Source: a virus
Lineage: Duplodnaviria; Caudoviricetes
Length of the DNA: 64,000 nucleotides
IMG/VR virus record: IMGVR_UViG_3300014204_000140
Location: 1 to 64,000 of that record
Strand: one strand, 5' to 3'
Each line of letters starts with the position of its first letter. Position 1 is the stretch's first letter. A program made the position numbers and the translations under genes. Below, in pieces: positions 17,231-27,732 of this stretch. Below the pieces are notes generated by a model, which was not told where the DNA came from, did no database searches, and was given only the letters and a program-made list of their open reading frames with translations.

Positions 17231-17372
17231 TAATATGAGAGTAAAAGTAATAGGTAAATATCCAAATTGTGAAATAATTTATACAGTTGGTAATAGTTAT
17301 AGTAAAACTTTTATTTGTAATAATGGATTAAAAATAACATATAATTTATAGTAATATGAGAGTAAAAGTAAT
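17231..17372 (+). repeat. 21-bp direct repeat TAATATGAGAGTAAAAGTAAT bracketing a 38-aa ORF
   Basis: Identical copies at 17231-17251 and 17352-17372, each containing a start codon (MRVKVI). Confidence 0.85.
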
Positions 17373-17808
17373 TAAAGAGATTAAAGGATTAGTTCCTGGA
17401 GATATACTATATTATAACGATAAGACTGGTATGTATGAAATAACTAAAACAGATTATGACTTTGGAGATAAATCTGAATCAGTAAAATCTGTTAGAGTTA
17501 GTATTGAAAGTTATATAGTTGAAGAACATGAAAACTATTTTGTTTATTTAGATGATGAGGATAATGATATAGAAATTAATAAAATTTGTTGGGATGACTT
17601 TCCTGAAAACAGTAATGAGTTGGAAACTTCAAAAGAAGTTGAACCAGAAACTAAGAACGAAACAGTTAAAACTGATGAGGTTTCTAACTTGCAAGAACAA
17701 CTTAAAGAATTACAGAAGAAGTTGGAAGACATTGAAAACCCTTCAGTAAAATATTATACTCCTAGTTATTATACAGTTAATCCATTTAGGCATTTTTGGT
17801 ATATTTAA
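17356..17808 (+). CDS. Hypothetical protein with acidic/coiled-coil C-terminus
   Basis: 150-aa ORF. Confidence 0.75.
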   Translation: MRVKVIKEIKGLVPGDILYYNDKTGMYEITKTDYDFGDKSESVKSVRVSIESYIVEEHENYFVYLDDEDNDIEINKICWDDFPENSNELETSKEVEPETKNETVKTDEVSNLQEQLKELQKKLEDIENPSVKYYTPSYYTVNPFRHFWYI

Positions 17809-17819
17809 ATAATAAGATA

Positions 17820-18188
17820 ATGAAAGAAAATAAAGAAATTAGTCAAACTCCAGAAGTTTCTGGAGAACAGAAAGTAGAAGTAAAGAATTATGATTATGGA
17901 CATTTAGTATTATTCTGTGGTAAATGTAAAAGCAAATATATATTAGAAGAGAATGTACCTAATGGACAAGCAGTAAGAATTGTATTACCACCTACTAATA
18001 CAGCAGAGATGAGATTAGTATGCAGAGATTGTGGTAATGAAATGGCTTTATTTTATGTTGAATCTAATAAGAAAAAAGAAGAGAATGAAGTTACAAAAAT
18101 TGATCAATCAACTGACAAAGATAGTCAGAAAGGAGAAGCAAATGAATCAATTTCAGAAGAAAGTATTACAGAGGCAACAATTGTATAA
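17820..18188 (+). CDS. Zinc-ribbon protein (start likely MKENKE)
   Basis: CGKC...CRDC pairs. Confidence 0.7.
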   Translation: MKENKEISQTPEVSGEQKVEVKNYDYGHLVLFCGKCKSKYILEENVPNGQAVRIVLPPTNTAEMRLVCRDCGNEMALFYVESNKKKEENEVTKIDQSTDKDSQKGEANESISEESITEATIV

Positions 18189-18495
18189 TGAGTATACTAA
18201 ATTATTAAATAGTTTATTAGGATTAACTGATAAACAAACTTTAGTGTTATCTAAACTATTTGAATTAAATGATATTACTCCTATTAATAAATCTTTGTTA
18301 AATAGAGATAATAGACATGAGATTATAGAAAGTTGTAATATTAATGAATGTAATCTTTCTACTTATTTAACTCTATTTAAGAATAAAAATGTATTAGTTC
18401 AAGAAGGATCTGTATGGAAATTATATCAAGGATTAAAACCATTGATATATGATAATGGATTACAAGTTACATTTAAAATAGGATTAGATGGATAA
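18142..18495 (+). CDS. Putative winged-helix DNA-binding protein (start likely MNQFQK)
   Basis: GLTDKQTLVLSKL...IIESCNINECNLSTYLTLFKNKNVLVQ resembles a wHTH pattern. Confidence 0.5.
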   Translation: MNQFQKKVLQRQQLYNEYTKLLNSLLGLTDKQTLVLSKLFELNDITPINKSLLNRDNRHEIIESCNINECNLSTYLTLFKNKNVLVQEGSVWKLYQGLKPLIYDNGLQVTFKIGLDG

Positions 18496-18799
18496 TATAC
18501 CAACATCTTTTAGTTTAGGAGGAACTACTTATTCTGTTAAGTTATCTAATGTTAGACCAGAGGGAATACGAAATGATACTACAGGGCATGTTTGTTATCC
18601 TACTAATACTATAGAAATATTTACTAATCATACTGGATTTACTTGTACAGAAAGTTATAAAGAGTTATCATTTTATCATGAATTAGTTCATGTGATATTT
18701 AGTACTATGGGTAAAGAAGATTTAAGTGGTAATGAGGAATTAATTGAAGGATTTGCTAATTTATTACATCAATTTATTAAAACATCTAAATATGAATGA
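18488..18799 (+). CDS. Small zincin-like (HExxH) metallopeptidase-domain protein
   Basis: SFYHELVHVIF plus downstream NEELIEGFA. Confidence 0.75.
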   Translation: MDNIPTSFSLGGTTYSVKLSNVRPEGIRNDTTGHVCYPTNTIEIFTNHTGFTCTESYKELSFYHELVHVIFSTMGKEDLSGNEELIEGFANLLHQFIKTSKYE

Positions 18800-19238
18800 T
18801 AAATATTACACACCTAATATTGATGAATTTCATGTTGGATTTGAATTTGAGTTTAATGGAAGTGATTGTAATTGGAATAGAACTGGATTTGAGAAACAAG
18901 TTATATTACCAACTAAAGATGAATATTTTGATTTATTTACATTAGGTTGGGTTCAACGTATATATTATAAACCAGATGATCCTTTAGAAAATTGGATTAG
19001 AGTTAAATACTTAGATAAATCTGATATAGAAGATTTAGGATTTAACTCTAATCTAGAACTTAAACAACACTATTATAAAGATAAATATGAAATTGCTTAT
19101 AGAGAAGATAGTCATTATACACAAGTATGGTATGATCCTAAACTTAAAGGTGCTATGTTGATATTTGATGGTTATATAAAGAATATTAGTGAATTAAAAG
19201 TATTATTAAAACAATTAGGAATAGATGTTAATGTATAA
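18792..19238 (+). CDS. Hypothetical protein (start likely MNDKYY)
   Basis: YYTPNIDEFHVGFEFE...IRVKYLDKSDIEDLGF...IKNISELKVLLKQL. Confidence 0.75.
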   Translation: MNDKYYTPNIDEFHVGFEFEFNGSDCNWNRTGFEKQVILPTKDEYFDLFTLGWVQRIYYKPDDPLENWIRVKYLDKSDIEDLGFNSNLELKQHYYKDKYEIAYREDSHYTQVWYDPKLKGAMLIFDGYIKNISELKVLLKQLGIDVNV

Positions 19239-19413
19239 AAGAATAATAACTGAAACAGTTAATATTAAAGATAAAGAGAATAAGATTAGTAATGTTGATT
19301 ATAACAAGAAGATATATTTATTTAATTGGTTAGTTTATGATCATACTCTTACTAGTAAACAGAATGATATTGAAAACAATAAGAATAAAGTTGTAGGATT
19401 TAAACATAAATAA
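19225..19413 (+). CDS. Small hypothetical protein
   Basis: 62-aa ORF tightly packed between neighbours. Confidence 0.55.
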   Translation: MLMYKRIITETVNIKDKENKISNVDYNKKIYLFNWLVYDHTLTSKQNDIENNKNKVVGFKHK

Positions 19414-19414
19414 T

Positions 19415-19687
19415 ATGACTAAATCTACATTTGATAAATTTAAGAAAATAGTATTTCAAGAGGATCTTATTGGATACTGTGATAAATGTGGAGAGTACGT
19501 AGGTACTGATAGTAATGATCAGTATGGACATACTTTTACTTGTATAGGTACTCCTGAAGGATTAAAAAGACTGAAGATAAATGAAGAGAATAGAAATAAA
19601 ACTATTAACAGGTTTGATCATATATTAGAATATCAAAGTAGTAAAGTTTGTGAGTTAATTAAACAGTTATCAGATGATATTAAATAA
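19415..19687 (+). CDS. Small protein with CxxC
   Basis: GYCDKCG...GHTFTC. Confidence 0.6.
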   Translation: MTKSTFDKFKKIVFQEDLIGYCDKCGEYVGTDSNDQYGHTFTCIGTPEGLKRLKINEENRNKTINRFDHILEYQSSKVCELIKQLSDDIK

Positions 19688-19689
19688 TT

Positions 19690-19929
19690 ATGGAAGAAAT
19701 AATTAAAGAACTGTCTTTGAAGTATAATAAAGATAAGAGGGTGATCAAACTAATCTGTGAGCACCCTTTACTCTTTGCTAAGTATCGAATGAAAGATCCT
19801 AATGATATTAGACCTATAATGATACCATACTTTGCTAAATTTGTATTTAAACTTGGTAGGACTATAGAAGATAAAAAACGTAATACTGAGAAAAATTTCT
19901 ATCAGAGAATCATAGCTAAAGAGGGGTAA
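19690..19929 (+). CDS. Short HU/IHF-like protein
   Basis: IIKELSLKY...VIKLI...PIMIPYFAKF resembles the HU/IHF helix-helix-strand start; position before the terminase. Confidence 0.5.
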   Translation: MEEIIKELSLKYNKDKRVIKLICEHPLLFAKYRMKDPNDIRPIMIPYFAKFVFKLGRTIEDKKRNTEKNFYQRIIAKEG

Positions 19930-19950
19930 CAAATAATATAATTAAACGTA
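19926..19950 (+). promoter_or_regulatory. Promoter-like motif GTAAC-N16-CGTA
   Basis: GTAAC 19926-19930, CGTA 19947-19950, directly upstream of the packaging/head genes. Confidence 0.7.
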
Positions 19951-19958
19951 ACGTTGAT

Positions 19959-20531
19959 ATGAAGTTATTTGATATAATAGATGGTAAAGTAGTTCTTAAT
20001 GCAGATGAATTATCTATTCCATTATTCAAAAAGATATATGAATCTGATAAATCAAAAGGTAAACAAGATTCATTTAATAAGATATCTTATATAATATTTA
20101 TGTATAAATGGGATTCTCCTTATATGTCTTATATAGATGAAGATGTTAGGGATAGAGTCATAAAGAATGATATATTTAGTAAGGAAGATTACGAATTAGA
20201 TAATCTTACTAAACAAGCAATTGAAAGATATAAAGATTTTAGGCATACTTTTTCTTTACAATTTCTTGAAGAAAATATAGAAGGTGCTAAAAAATTAATG
20301 GATTTTTATAAGAGAGTTAATTGGGATGAAGTAGATAAATCTGGTCGTCCAATTTATTCATCTAGGGATTTAGCTGCTAATTTAGAAAAGTCTGGAGGCA
20401 TACTTAAATCCTTACATTCTCTTAGAGAACAAGTTAGAAAAGAAGAATTAGAAACTAGTAGAGTTAAAGGTGGTACTCAAGTTGATTTATATGAAGATGC
20501 TAGTTCTTTTAAATCATTTCAACAGAATTAA
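19959..20531 (+). CDS. Protein preceding TerL (candidate small terminase subunit)
   Basis: 190 aa, helical, 3 nt before terL; synteny only. Confidence 0.5.
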   Translation: MKLFDIIDGKVVLNADELSIPLFKKIYESDKSKGKQDSFNKISYIIFMYKWDSPYMSYIDEDVRDRVIKNDIFSKEDYELDNLTKQAIERYKDFRHTFSLQFLEENIEGAKKLMDFYKRVNWDEVDKSGRPIYSSRDLAANLEKSGGILKSLHSLREQVRKEELETSRVKGGTQVDLYEDASSFKSFQQN

Positions 20532-20534
20532 TAA

Positions 20535-22535
20535 ATGATTAAAAATACTGACAAATTTAGACAAGCTTCAATACATTTTCAAAAATATGGATATTATACA
20601 GTATCTCCAAAAGGAACAACAGGATATAAAGAGTATTGGGATGAAGAAACTAGACGTTGTTTATTTGGATGGACTGCTGATGATGGAGATTTTATTTCAG
20701 GTTATAATTATTTTTATTTAAATTATTCTCCTATACTAATTGTTGAAGAAAGAGAAATTAAGATTGGTGAGAATTTAACTAAGAAGATAGTTGAAAGAAA
20801 AAGGGATTTTCCTAAGTTTTATGATTATGATTATCAGTATTTTAATTATATAGAAGAAGCAGAACATTTAGGCAAACATGCTGTAGTTATCAAAGCTAGA
20901 CGTAAAGGTTATTCATATAAAGGAAGTTCGATGTTATGTCGAAATTTTTATTTAATACCACAATCTAAATCTTATGCAATTGCTTCTGAAAATGAATATC
21001 TTACTAAAGACGGATTATTAACAAAGGCTTGGGATTTAATGTCTTGGATAGATGCTAATACAGCATGGACTAAGAAGAGACAGAAAGTTGATACTAAGAT
21101 GCATAAGAGAGCATCTTATGTAGTTAATAACGAAGGTACTATGATTGAGGCAGGTATTATGTCTGAGATTATAGGAGTCACTTTAAAAAATGATATTCAA
21201 AAGGCTAGAGGTAAAGCTGCTAAATTAATCTTATGGGAAGAAGGAGGTAAATTTCCAGGTCTTAAAGATGCTTGGCAAATAGCTAGACCATCAGTAGAAC
21301 AAGGTTCAAATGTATTTGGTCTTATGATAGCTTATGGTACAGGAGGTACTAATGAAGCAGATTATACTGGATTAAAGGATTTATTTTATGAACCTGATGG
21401 TTATAATGTATTATCAGTAGATAATATATGGGATGAAGGATCTATTAAAAAATGTGGATTTTTTGTTCCTGATTATGCTAATATGGAAGGTTATGATGAT
21501 CAAGGTAGATCTTTCATGGATATTGATGGTAATACTAATATAAAAGTTGCTATAGAGTATTCATTAAAAGAACGTCAGAAGATTATAGATAATGCTACTG
21601 ATAGAAATGCAATTGATAGATATATAGCAGAACATCCATTTAATCCTATGGAAGCCACTCTTCAATTAAGTGGTAATATATTTCCTAAGAAAGATTTAAT
21701 TAGGCATCTTGCTCATATAAGAAATAATGAAGATATAAAAAATTTCAAACAAGTTGGTGAACTATATACTGATGAAGTTGGATTACTTAAATGGAGACAA
21801 TCTAAAGATTTAAAGGATTTAACGAAGTATAAATTAGATAAAACTACTAATAGAGAGGGAGCAATAGTTATATGGGAACATCCAATGGATAATCCTCCTT
21901 GGGGTTTATATATAGGTTCTTGTGATTCTTATGATTATGATAAGTCTGGAACAGATTCTTTAGGATCTGTATTTATATATAAAAGATTTCAAACATTTGA
22001 ATATTCATATGATACCATAGTTGCTGAATATACCGGTAGACCGGATACAGCTGATGATTTTTATGAGATAGTTAGAAAATTATTAGTATATTATCATGCC
22101 AATGTTTTATATGAAAATCAAAATCCTGGATTAAGTGTATACTTTAAAAACAAACATATTGATTATTTATTAGCTGATCAACCTGGAATTATATCAAAGA
22201 TAATTAAAGATAGTAAAGTTGCTAGAGTAAAAGGAACTCATATGGTAACTGCACTTAAAGATTGGGCAGAAGGTAGATTAAGAGATTGGTTGATAGAAGA
22301 GTATGAACCTGGTAAAAAGAATTTAACTAAGATATATTCAGAACCATTATTAGAAGAACTTATTGCTTATAATGATAAAGGTAATTTTGATAGAGTATCT
22401 GCAATGTTTATCTTAATGATATATATAGAGGAGCTTCACGAGCTTCACGTAAAGAAAAAAGAAGAAATAGAAAAAGTTAATTTACTATTCGAATTTCCAT
22501 TATTTGGAAAGATGGAGTTTGAAAGTTTTAAATAA
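20535..22535 (+). CDS. terL: Terminase large subunit
   Basis: Walker A-like KARRKGYS, Walker B LILWEEGG, motif GTGG, nuclease acidic residues IGSCDSYDYD and NFDRVSA. Confidence 0.95.
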   Translation: MIKNTDKFRQASIHFQKYGYYTVSPKGTTGYKEYWDEETRRCLFGWTADDGDFISGYNYFYLNYSPILIVEEREIKIGENLTKKIVERKRDFPKFYDYDYQYFNYIEEAEHLGKHAVVIKARRKGYSYKGSSMLCRNFYLIPQSKSYAIASENEYLTKDGLLTKAWDLMSWIDANTAWTKKRQKVDTKMHKRASYVVNNEGTMIEAGIMSEIIGVTLKNDIQKARGKAAKLILWEEGGKFPGLKDAWQIARPSVEQGSNVFGLMIAYGTGGTNEADYTGLKDLFYEPDGYNVLSVDNIWDEGSIKKCGFFVPDYANMEGYDDQGRSFMDIDGNTNIKVAIEYSLKERQKIIDNATDRNAIDRYIAEHPFNPMEATLQLSGNIFPKKDLIRHLAHIRNNEDIKNFKQVGELYTDEVGLLKWRQSKDLKDLTKYKLDKTTNREGAIVIWEHPMDNPPWGLYIGSCDSYDYDKSGTDSLGSVFIYKRFQTFEYSYDTIVAEYTGRPDTADDFYEIVRKLLVYYHANVLYENQNPGLSVYFKNKHIDYLLADQPGIISKIIKDSKVARVKGTHMVTALKDWAEGRLRDWLIEEYEPGKKNLTKIYSEPLLEELIAYNDKGNFDRVSAMFILMIYIEELHELHVKKKEEIEKVNLLFEFPLFGKMEFESFK

Positions 22536-22541
22536 AAAGGA

Positions 22542-24923
22542 ATGGATTTATATTATAAAAGATCAGAATTTCCAGCACAAAAATTACCATTAGTTAAGAA
22601 GACAGAACCATGGAGAAAAGCATGTGTTGATGTACTTATATCTAGAGAAGGAAGTTCATTTGTAAATGGCAGATCAAGAAAAGACATACTAAAAATAGAT
22701 TATGATCTATATAATAGTGTCTTTAGTGAAGATGACTTTAAGTATGTAATTGACCCATTTAATGTTGGTGATTCATTTCCTGCTCATCCTCAGAATATGA
22801 ATATTATCAAACCTAAGATAGATTTATTACTAGGGGAAGAAACTAAACGACCGTTTAATTTTAGAGTATTTTCTACTAATGATGAGTCAGTATCTCAAAT
22901 TCAAGATTATAAGAAACAATTGTTAATAAAAGAGTATCTTGGAGCATTAGTTGAAGGTCAAGATGATGATGAAATAGATAAGAGATTATCTGAGATTGAT
23001 ACATACATAAAAAATAAGTATAATACTGTTGCTGAACAAACTGCTTATAATTCTTTGAAATATCTTAGGGAACAACTTAGTATAGATCATGAGTTTCTTA
23101 AAGGATGGAAAGATGCATTAATAGCTGGAGAAGAGCTATACTATACTGGTATAGTTAATGGGGAAGCATCATTAGAAAGAGTTAATCCATATCATTGTAC
23201 TTATGATAATGATCCAGATTTAGATTATATAGAAGATGGAGATTGGTTTGTTAGACGATTTCTTATGTCTCCAGGTGCTATATATGATAGATTTCAATCT
23301 ACAATGATAGAAGAAGATCTTGATAAACTTCTTAAAATGATTGATGGTGGACAATCAATGGTTAGTCGTCCAGGAGATGTAAATTATAATAGTATAATGT
23401 ATAGAGATAAAATAATCTCTGATATACAACAAGATGAATTTTTTAAAGGACAATTAGTACCAGTATGGCATACATGTTGGAAATCATTTAAGAAATTTGG
23501 TACTCTTAGATATAATGATCTAGAAACTGGACAAGAAGTAGAAGAGATTGTAGATGAGACTTATCGACTTACCGAAGAAGATAAAGTTAAAGGGATAACT
23601 ATTGAATGGGATTGGATGACTGAAATATGGGAAGGATATAGAGTTGGAACTGATATTCATTTAGATATGGGTCCAGTTCAATATCAATATCAGTCATTAG
23701 AACATCCTAAAGTTACCAAATTACCATATATAGGTTGTAAATATAATTCTACTAATACTAGAAATAAATCATTGGTTGATTTAATGAAACCATTACAATA
23801 TATGTATATTGTAGTATGGTATCGTTTAGAACTTGCTTTAGCTAGAGATAAAGGTAGAATTATTAATATGGATATTACACAGATTCCTAAATCTATGGGA
23901 ATTGATGTAAAACAATGGATGCATTATCTATCTGCTTTAGGAGTAAATCTTATTAATCCTTATGAGGAAGGATGGGATATTCCTGGACGTGAAGGAGGTA
24001 GACCAGCTGTTTATAACCAAATGTCTGCTCAAGATCTTACAATGTCAGCTGTTATTGCTGATTATATAGGATTACTTGATAAGATAGAGGATATGGCTGG
24101 AGAAATATCTGGAGTATCTAGACAAAGACAAGGACAGATTAGTTCTAATGAATTAGTTGGTAATGTTCAAAGAGCTACTATTCAATCTAGTCATATTACA
24201 GAACCTCTATTTGAAATGCATAATCATGTTAAAAAAAGAGCGTATACATCTTTATTAAATGTTGCTAAGTATGCATGGTCTACTAATAATAAAAAGAAAT
24301 TAACTTTTATAGTTGATGATTTTTCTAGAATGTTTTTAGAATTAAATGATGAATTTTTATATTCAGATTTTGATATATTTGTATCTGATTCTAGTAAAGA
24401 AAATCAGAATCTTGAAGCTCTTAGAAGTTTAATGCAACCTGCTATTCAAAACGGTGCTACATTATCAGATGTTGTTACTCTTCTTACTAGTGATAGTTTA
24501 TCTGAAATTAAACGTAAGTTAAAAGAAATAGAAGATAATAGGGCAAAAGCTGAACAAGAGATGCAGAAACAACAAGCACAAATGCAACAACAGCAACAAC
24601 AATTTGAGTTGCAAGATAAAGCAGAGGAACGTAGAATTAAAGAAGAAGATTCTATTAGAAAAGCTGAGACTGCAATTACAGTTGCTGAAATTCAAGTAGC
24701 ATCTAAACAACAACCTGAAGGTCCAGATAATATTAATATTGAGACTGATGGAAGTGAAGAAATGAAATTAGAATTACAAAGAGATAAAAATTTAGCAGAT
24801 GAAAGATATAAACAAGCTATAATTTCTGAGACTGTTAGAAAAAATAAAGTTGATGAACAGTTGAAAAAACAAGAGTTAGAAATTAAAAGAAAGGTGGCAA
24901 TGAAACGTCCATCTAGTAAATAA
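22542..24923 (+). CDS. Portal protein (crAss-like)
   Basis: 793 aa after TerL; NIIKPKIDLLLGEE, EIWEGY, SLVDLMKPLQY, ISGVSRQRQG; Q-rich coiled-coil C-terminus. Confidence 0.9.
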   Translation: MDLYYKRSEFPAQKLPLVKKTEPWRKACVDVLISREGSSFVNGRSRKDILKIDYDLYNSVFSEDDFKYVIDPFNVGDSFPAHPQNMNIIKPKIDLLLGEETKRPFNFRVFSTNDESVSQIQDYKKQLLIKEYLGALVEGQDDDEIDKRLSEIDTYIKNKYNTVAEQTAYNSLKYLREQLSIDHEFLKGWKDALIAGEELYYTGIVNGEASLERVNPYHCTYDNDPDLDYIEDGDWFVRRFLMSPGAIYDRFQSTMIEEDLDKLLKMIDGGQSMVSRPGDVNYNSIMYRDKIISDIQQDEFFKGQLVPVWHTCWKSFKKFGTLRYNDLETGQEVEEIVDETYRLTEEDKVKGITIEWDWMTEIWEGYRVGTDIHLDMGPVQYQYQSLEHPKVTKLPYIGCKYNSTNTRNKSLVDLMKPLQYMYIVVWYRLELALARDKGRIINMDITQIPKSMGIDVKQWMHYLSALGVNLINPYEEGWDIPGREGGRPAVYNQMSAQDLTMSAVIADYIGLLDKIEDMAGEISGVSRQRQGQISSNELVGNVQRATIQSSHITEPLFEMHNHVKKRAYTSLLNVAKYAWSTNNKKKLTFIVDDFSRMFLELNDEFLYSDFDIFVSDSSKENQNLEALRSLMQPAIQNGATLSDVVTLLTSDSLSEIKRKLKEIEDNRAKAEQEMQKQQAQMQQQQQQFELQDKAEERRIKEEDSIRKAETAITVAEIQVASKQQPEGPDNINIETDGSEEMKLELQRDKNLADERYKQAIISETVRKNKVDEQLKKQELEIKRKVAMKRPSSK

Positions 24924-24940
24924 TAAATAATAAATATAGT

Positions 24941-26161
24941 ATGGCAGATGAAGTAAAAAATCTATTTGGAGGATTTGATGCAGTAATGGATCAACTCATA
25001 CCATCTGGTGGAAATAGAAATATTGAAGATGATGATCTTCCAGAGGTAAATCCAGAAGATGTTAAAAAAAGCATGGAGTCTCTTGATACCAAGAAAAAGG
25101 TTCAGGATGATGATTCCGAGAAAGTTCCTGCTGATAAGAAAATAAAAAAAGAGGAACCTATTATTAAACCCAAAAAAGTAATAGAAGAAACTGAAGAGGA
25201 AGAATCTGATGAAGAAATTGAAGAAGAGGAAGTTGAAGAAACTATTACTTCTAAAAAGAAAAAATCAGATATAAAGGAAGAAGAGAGTGAAGAAATAGAT
25301 CTCGAAGAGAAAGAAATAGTTGAAGCTTTTTCTGATTTATTTGCAGAAGAATTAGGATGGAAATACGAAAAGGATGAAAAACCAACTAATATAAAAGATC
25401 TTGTCAAACATATGCAAAGTATTGTTGATGAGGCTTCTCAACCTAGATATGCAAATGATGAAGTTAGGGAATTAGATGAATTTGTTAAAGATGGTGGACG
25501 AGTAGCAGATTTTTATAAAACTGTATATCGTTCAGATGTAAATACTGAAGGAATAGATCTTACAAAGGAATATAATCAAAAAGCAGTCATTAAAGAAAAT
25601 CTTCGTAATCGAGGATACTCTGAACAACGTATAGAAAAGCTTATTAGTAGATATGAAGAGACTGAGTCTTTAGAAGAAGAAGCTAAAGATTCTTTGGAAG
25701 AAGTCAAAGAATTTAAAGAAAAAACTAAGAAAGAGCTATTAGAAACTCAGAAAAATCGTCAGGAAACTGAGATTAAGGAGCAACTAAACTTTGTTCGGAA
25801 CGTAGAGAAAATTGTAAAAGATAAAGAAAATATTAGAGGTATTCCAATCTCAGATAAGCAAAAGAAAGAATTATTAGAGTATATTTTCAAACCTGAAAGA
25901 GATGGATCAACTAGATATCAAAAAGATTATTCTGATTCTTTAGAAAATCTTGTTGAATCTGCTTATTTTACAAAGAATAGGAATACTATAGTAAAAGAAA
26001 TTCAAAGAAAAGCCTCTAGCGATGCTGTTAAAAATCTTAAACTAAAACTTAAAACTCAAGGAAAGAGTACAAAGAATACTCATTCTGATATGGAAGAACA
26101 AGGAGAAAGTAAAGTATCACAGCTTTGGGAAATTGCTAGTAAAGAGCTTGTATCTTTTTAA
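24941..26161 (+). CDS. Acidic scaffold-like protein
   Basis: E/D-rich, coiled-coil, between portal and MCP as in crAss-like capsid modules. Confidence 0.7.
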   Translation: MADEVKNLFGGFDAVMDQLIPSGGNRNIEDDDLPEVNPEDVKKSMESLDTKKKVQDDDSEKVPADKKIKKEEPIIKPKKVIEETEEEESDEEIEEEEVEETITSKKKKSDIKEEESEEIDLEEKEIVEAFSDLFAEELGWKYEKDEKPTNIKDLVKHMQSIVDEASQPRYANDEVRELDEFVKDGGRVADFYKTVYRSDVNTEGIDLTKEYNQKAVIKENLRNRGYSEQRIEKLISRYEETESLEEEAKDSLEEVKEFKEKTKKELLETQKNRQETEIKEQLNFVRNVEKIVKDKENIRGIPISDKQKKELLEYIFKPERDGSTRYQKDYSDSLENLVESAYFTKNRNTIVKEIQRKASSDAVKNLKLKLKTQGKSTKNTHSDMEEQGESKVSQLWEIASKELVSF

Positions 26162-26185
26162 ATAATTTAAAATTTAAAATTTAAA

Positions 26186-27649
26186 ATGCAAGATAGTGTA
26201 TTAAATGATCTTCAACTATTTAAGACCAGATGGTTTTCTGATCTAGTAGATGAGAACATGCTTTCAAACGCGTTAATGACTGAACCTCATAAGGTGTTTA
26301 CAGTATTGTCTTACATTTTTGGTCGTTATGAGAATAGTTCAATTGACTTCTTAACAAGTGGTATGGGTAAAACTATTATCACTGAAAATCGTCAATATGA
26401 ATGGCCTGTAATGATTGAAAGTGACAAAGCAATTTCGATTAAACAAGCTAAGTGGCAAGGTGCTACTATAACTTCTGATTTAACTCCTGGTATTAACGGA
26501 ACTCCTATTCAATTGTGGTTAGGAGAAAAATGGTTTGGTCCTGGTGCCATTCTCGAATTCGATGATAAAGAATTCCAAGTAAGAGTAATGGGTACTCCTT
26601 ATCAAGATGGTAATGATTATGTTTATACAGTAGTTTGTGCTGATGGACAACCGTCTTCTTTTATACCACCTACATTGTTAGTAGCTGGTGCTCAAGTCAG
26701 TAGGTTAGGTTCTGCTTATGAAGAGTATTCAGAAGAAGCAGATATTGTCAATTATCAAGCTCCATTTAAACTTAGAAATCATCTAACAACTATGCGTCTT
26801 TCTTATGATATAACTGGATCTGCTGTTGCTTCTGTAATGGTTATTGCAACGCGTGATCCTAAAAGTAAGAAGACTTCATATTTATGGTCAGATTATCAAG
26901 AATGGATTGCTTTACGGCAATGGTATCGGAGTCTTGATCGTCAATTAGTTTATTCTAAGTTTAATGCTAACGCTGATGGTACGACTGATTTAATTGGTAC
27001 AAGCGGACGTCCTGTGTATATTGGTGCTGGTCTATTACAACAGATTGCTCCATCCAATCGTAAGACTTATACTACTCTTACTATTGATATATTAGAAGAT
27101 TTCTTATTTGATCTTTCCTATAATGTCCTTGGTACTAACGATCGTAAGTTCGTAGCACTAGTTGGTGAAATGGGAATGAAAGAATTAGATAGAGTTCTTA
27201 GAGCAAAAGCAACGGGATATCAATTAGTTGATACTCATTTTGTCAGTGGAACTGGTCAGAATCTTACCTTACAAGGTCAGTTTACGACTTATAAAATGCT
27301 CAATGGTATTGAATTAACATTGAAACATTTTCCATTATATGACAATATAGTATATAATCGTAAGTTGCATCCTGTAACTGGTAAACCGTTAGAATCCTAT
27401 CGTTTTACCTTCCTTGATTTTGGTAACCGTGATGGTGAATCCAATGTTATGAAGGTTGTCCGTAAAGGACGTGAAATGGTACAGTGGTATACTGGTGGTT
27501 CAGTTGCTCCTGGACAAGGATTTGCTACATCAAAGAATACTCTTCGTTCTAATGCAAAAGATGGATATTCAGTTCATTTCTTGTCAGAACAAGGTATTAT
27601 GATTAAGGACCCAACTAGTTCCGGTGAGCTCATTTGCGATGCTCAATAG
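26186..27649 (+). CDS. Major capsid protein (crAss-like)
   Basis: 487 aa; SDLVDENMLSNAL, YEW, LRNHLTTMRLSYDITGSA, IGAGLLQQI; synteny. Confidence 0.9.
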   Translation: MQDSVLNDLQLFKTRWFSDLVDENMLSNALMTEPHKVFTVLSYIFGRYENSSIDFLTSGMGKTIITENRQYEWPVMIESDKAISIKQAKWQGATITSDLTPGINGTPIQLWLGEKWFGPGAILEFDDKEFQVRVMGTPYQDGNDYVYTVVCADGQPSSFIPPTLLVAGAQVSRLGSAYEEYSEEADIVNYQAPFKLRNHLTTMRLSYDITGSAVASVMVIATRDPKSKKTSYLWSDYQEWIALRQWYRSLDRQLVYSKFNANADGTTDLIGTSGRPVYIGAGLLQQIAPSNRKTYTTLTIDILEDFLFDLSYNVLGTNDRKFVALVGEMGMKELDRVLRAKATGYQLVDTHFVSGTGQNLTLQGQFTTYKMLNGIELTLKHFPLYDNIVYNRKLHPVTGKPLESYRFTFLDFGNRDGESNVMKVVRKGREMVQWYTGGSVAPGQGFATSKNTLRSNAKDGYSVHFLSEQGIMIKDPTSSGELICDAQ

Positions 27650-27665
27650 TTAAAATAATTAAGTT

Positions 27666-27703
27666 AATATGAGATGTGGGATCTTAGTATCCCCTCTCAT
27701 ATT
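27666..27703 (+). terminator. Stem-loop after MCP (terminator/stabiliser)
   Basis: AATATGAGA...GGGA-N8-TCCC...TCTCATATT. Confidence 0.5.
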
Positions 27704-27732
27704 ATAATGTTTAACTCTTAATAATTAAATTA

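Noticed and set aside
22431-22448. 9-bp tandem duplication GAGCTTCAC in terL
   Set aside because: In-frame micro-duplication (ELH-ELH) in the variable C-terminal tail; no sign of function.
20535-27649. Introns or inteins in TerL, portal or MCP
   Set aside because: ORFs are continuous, of normal length, with no intein terminal motifs noticed.
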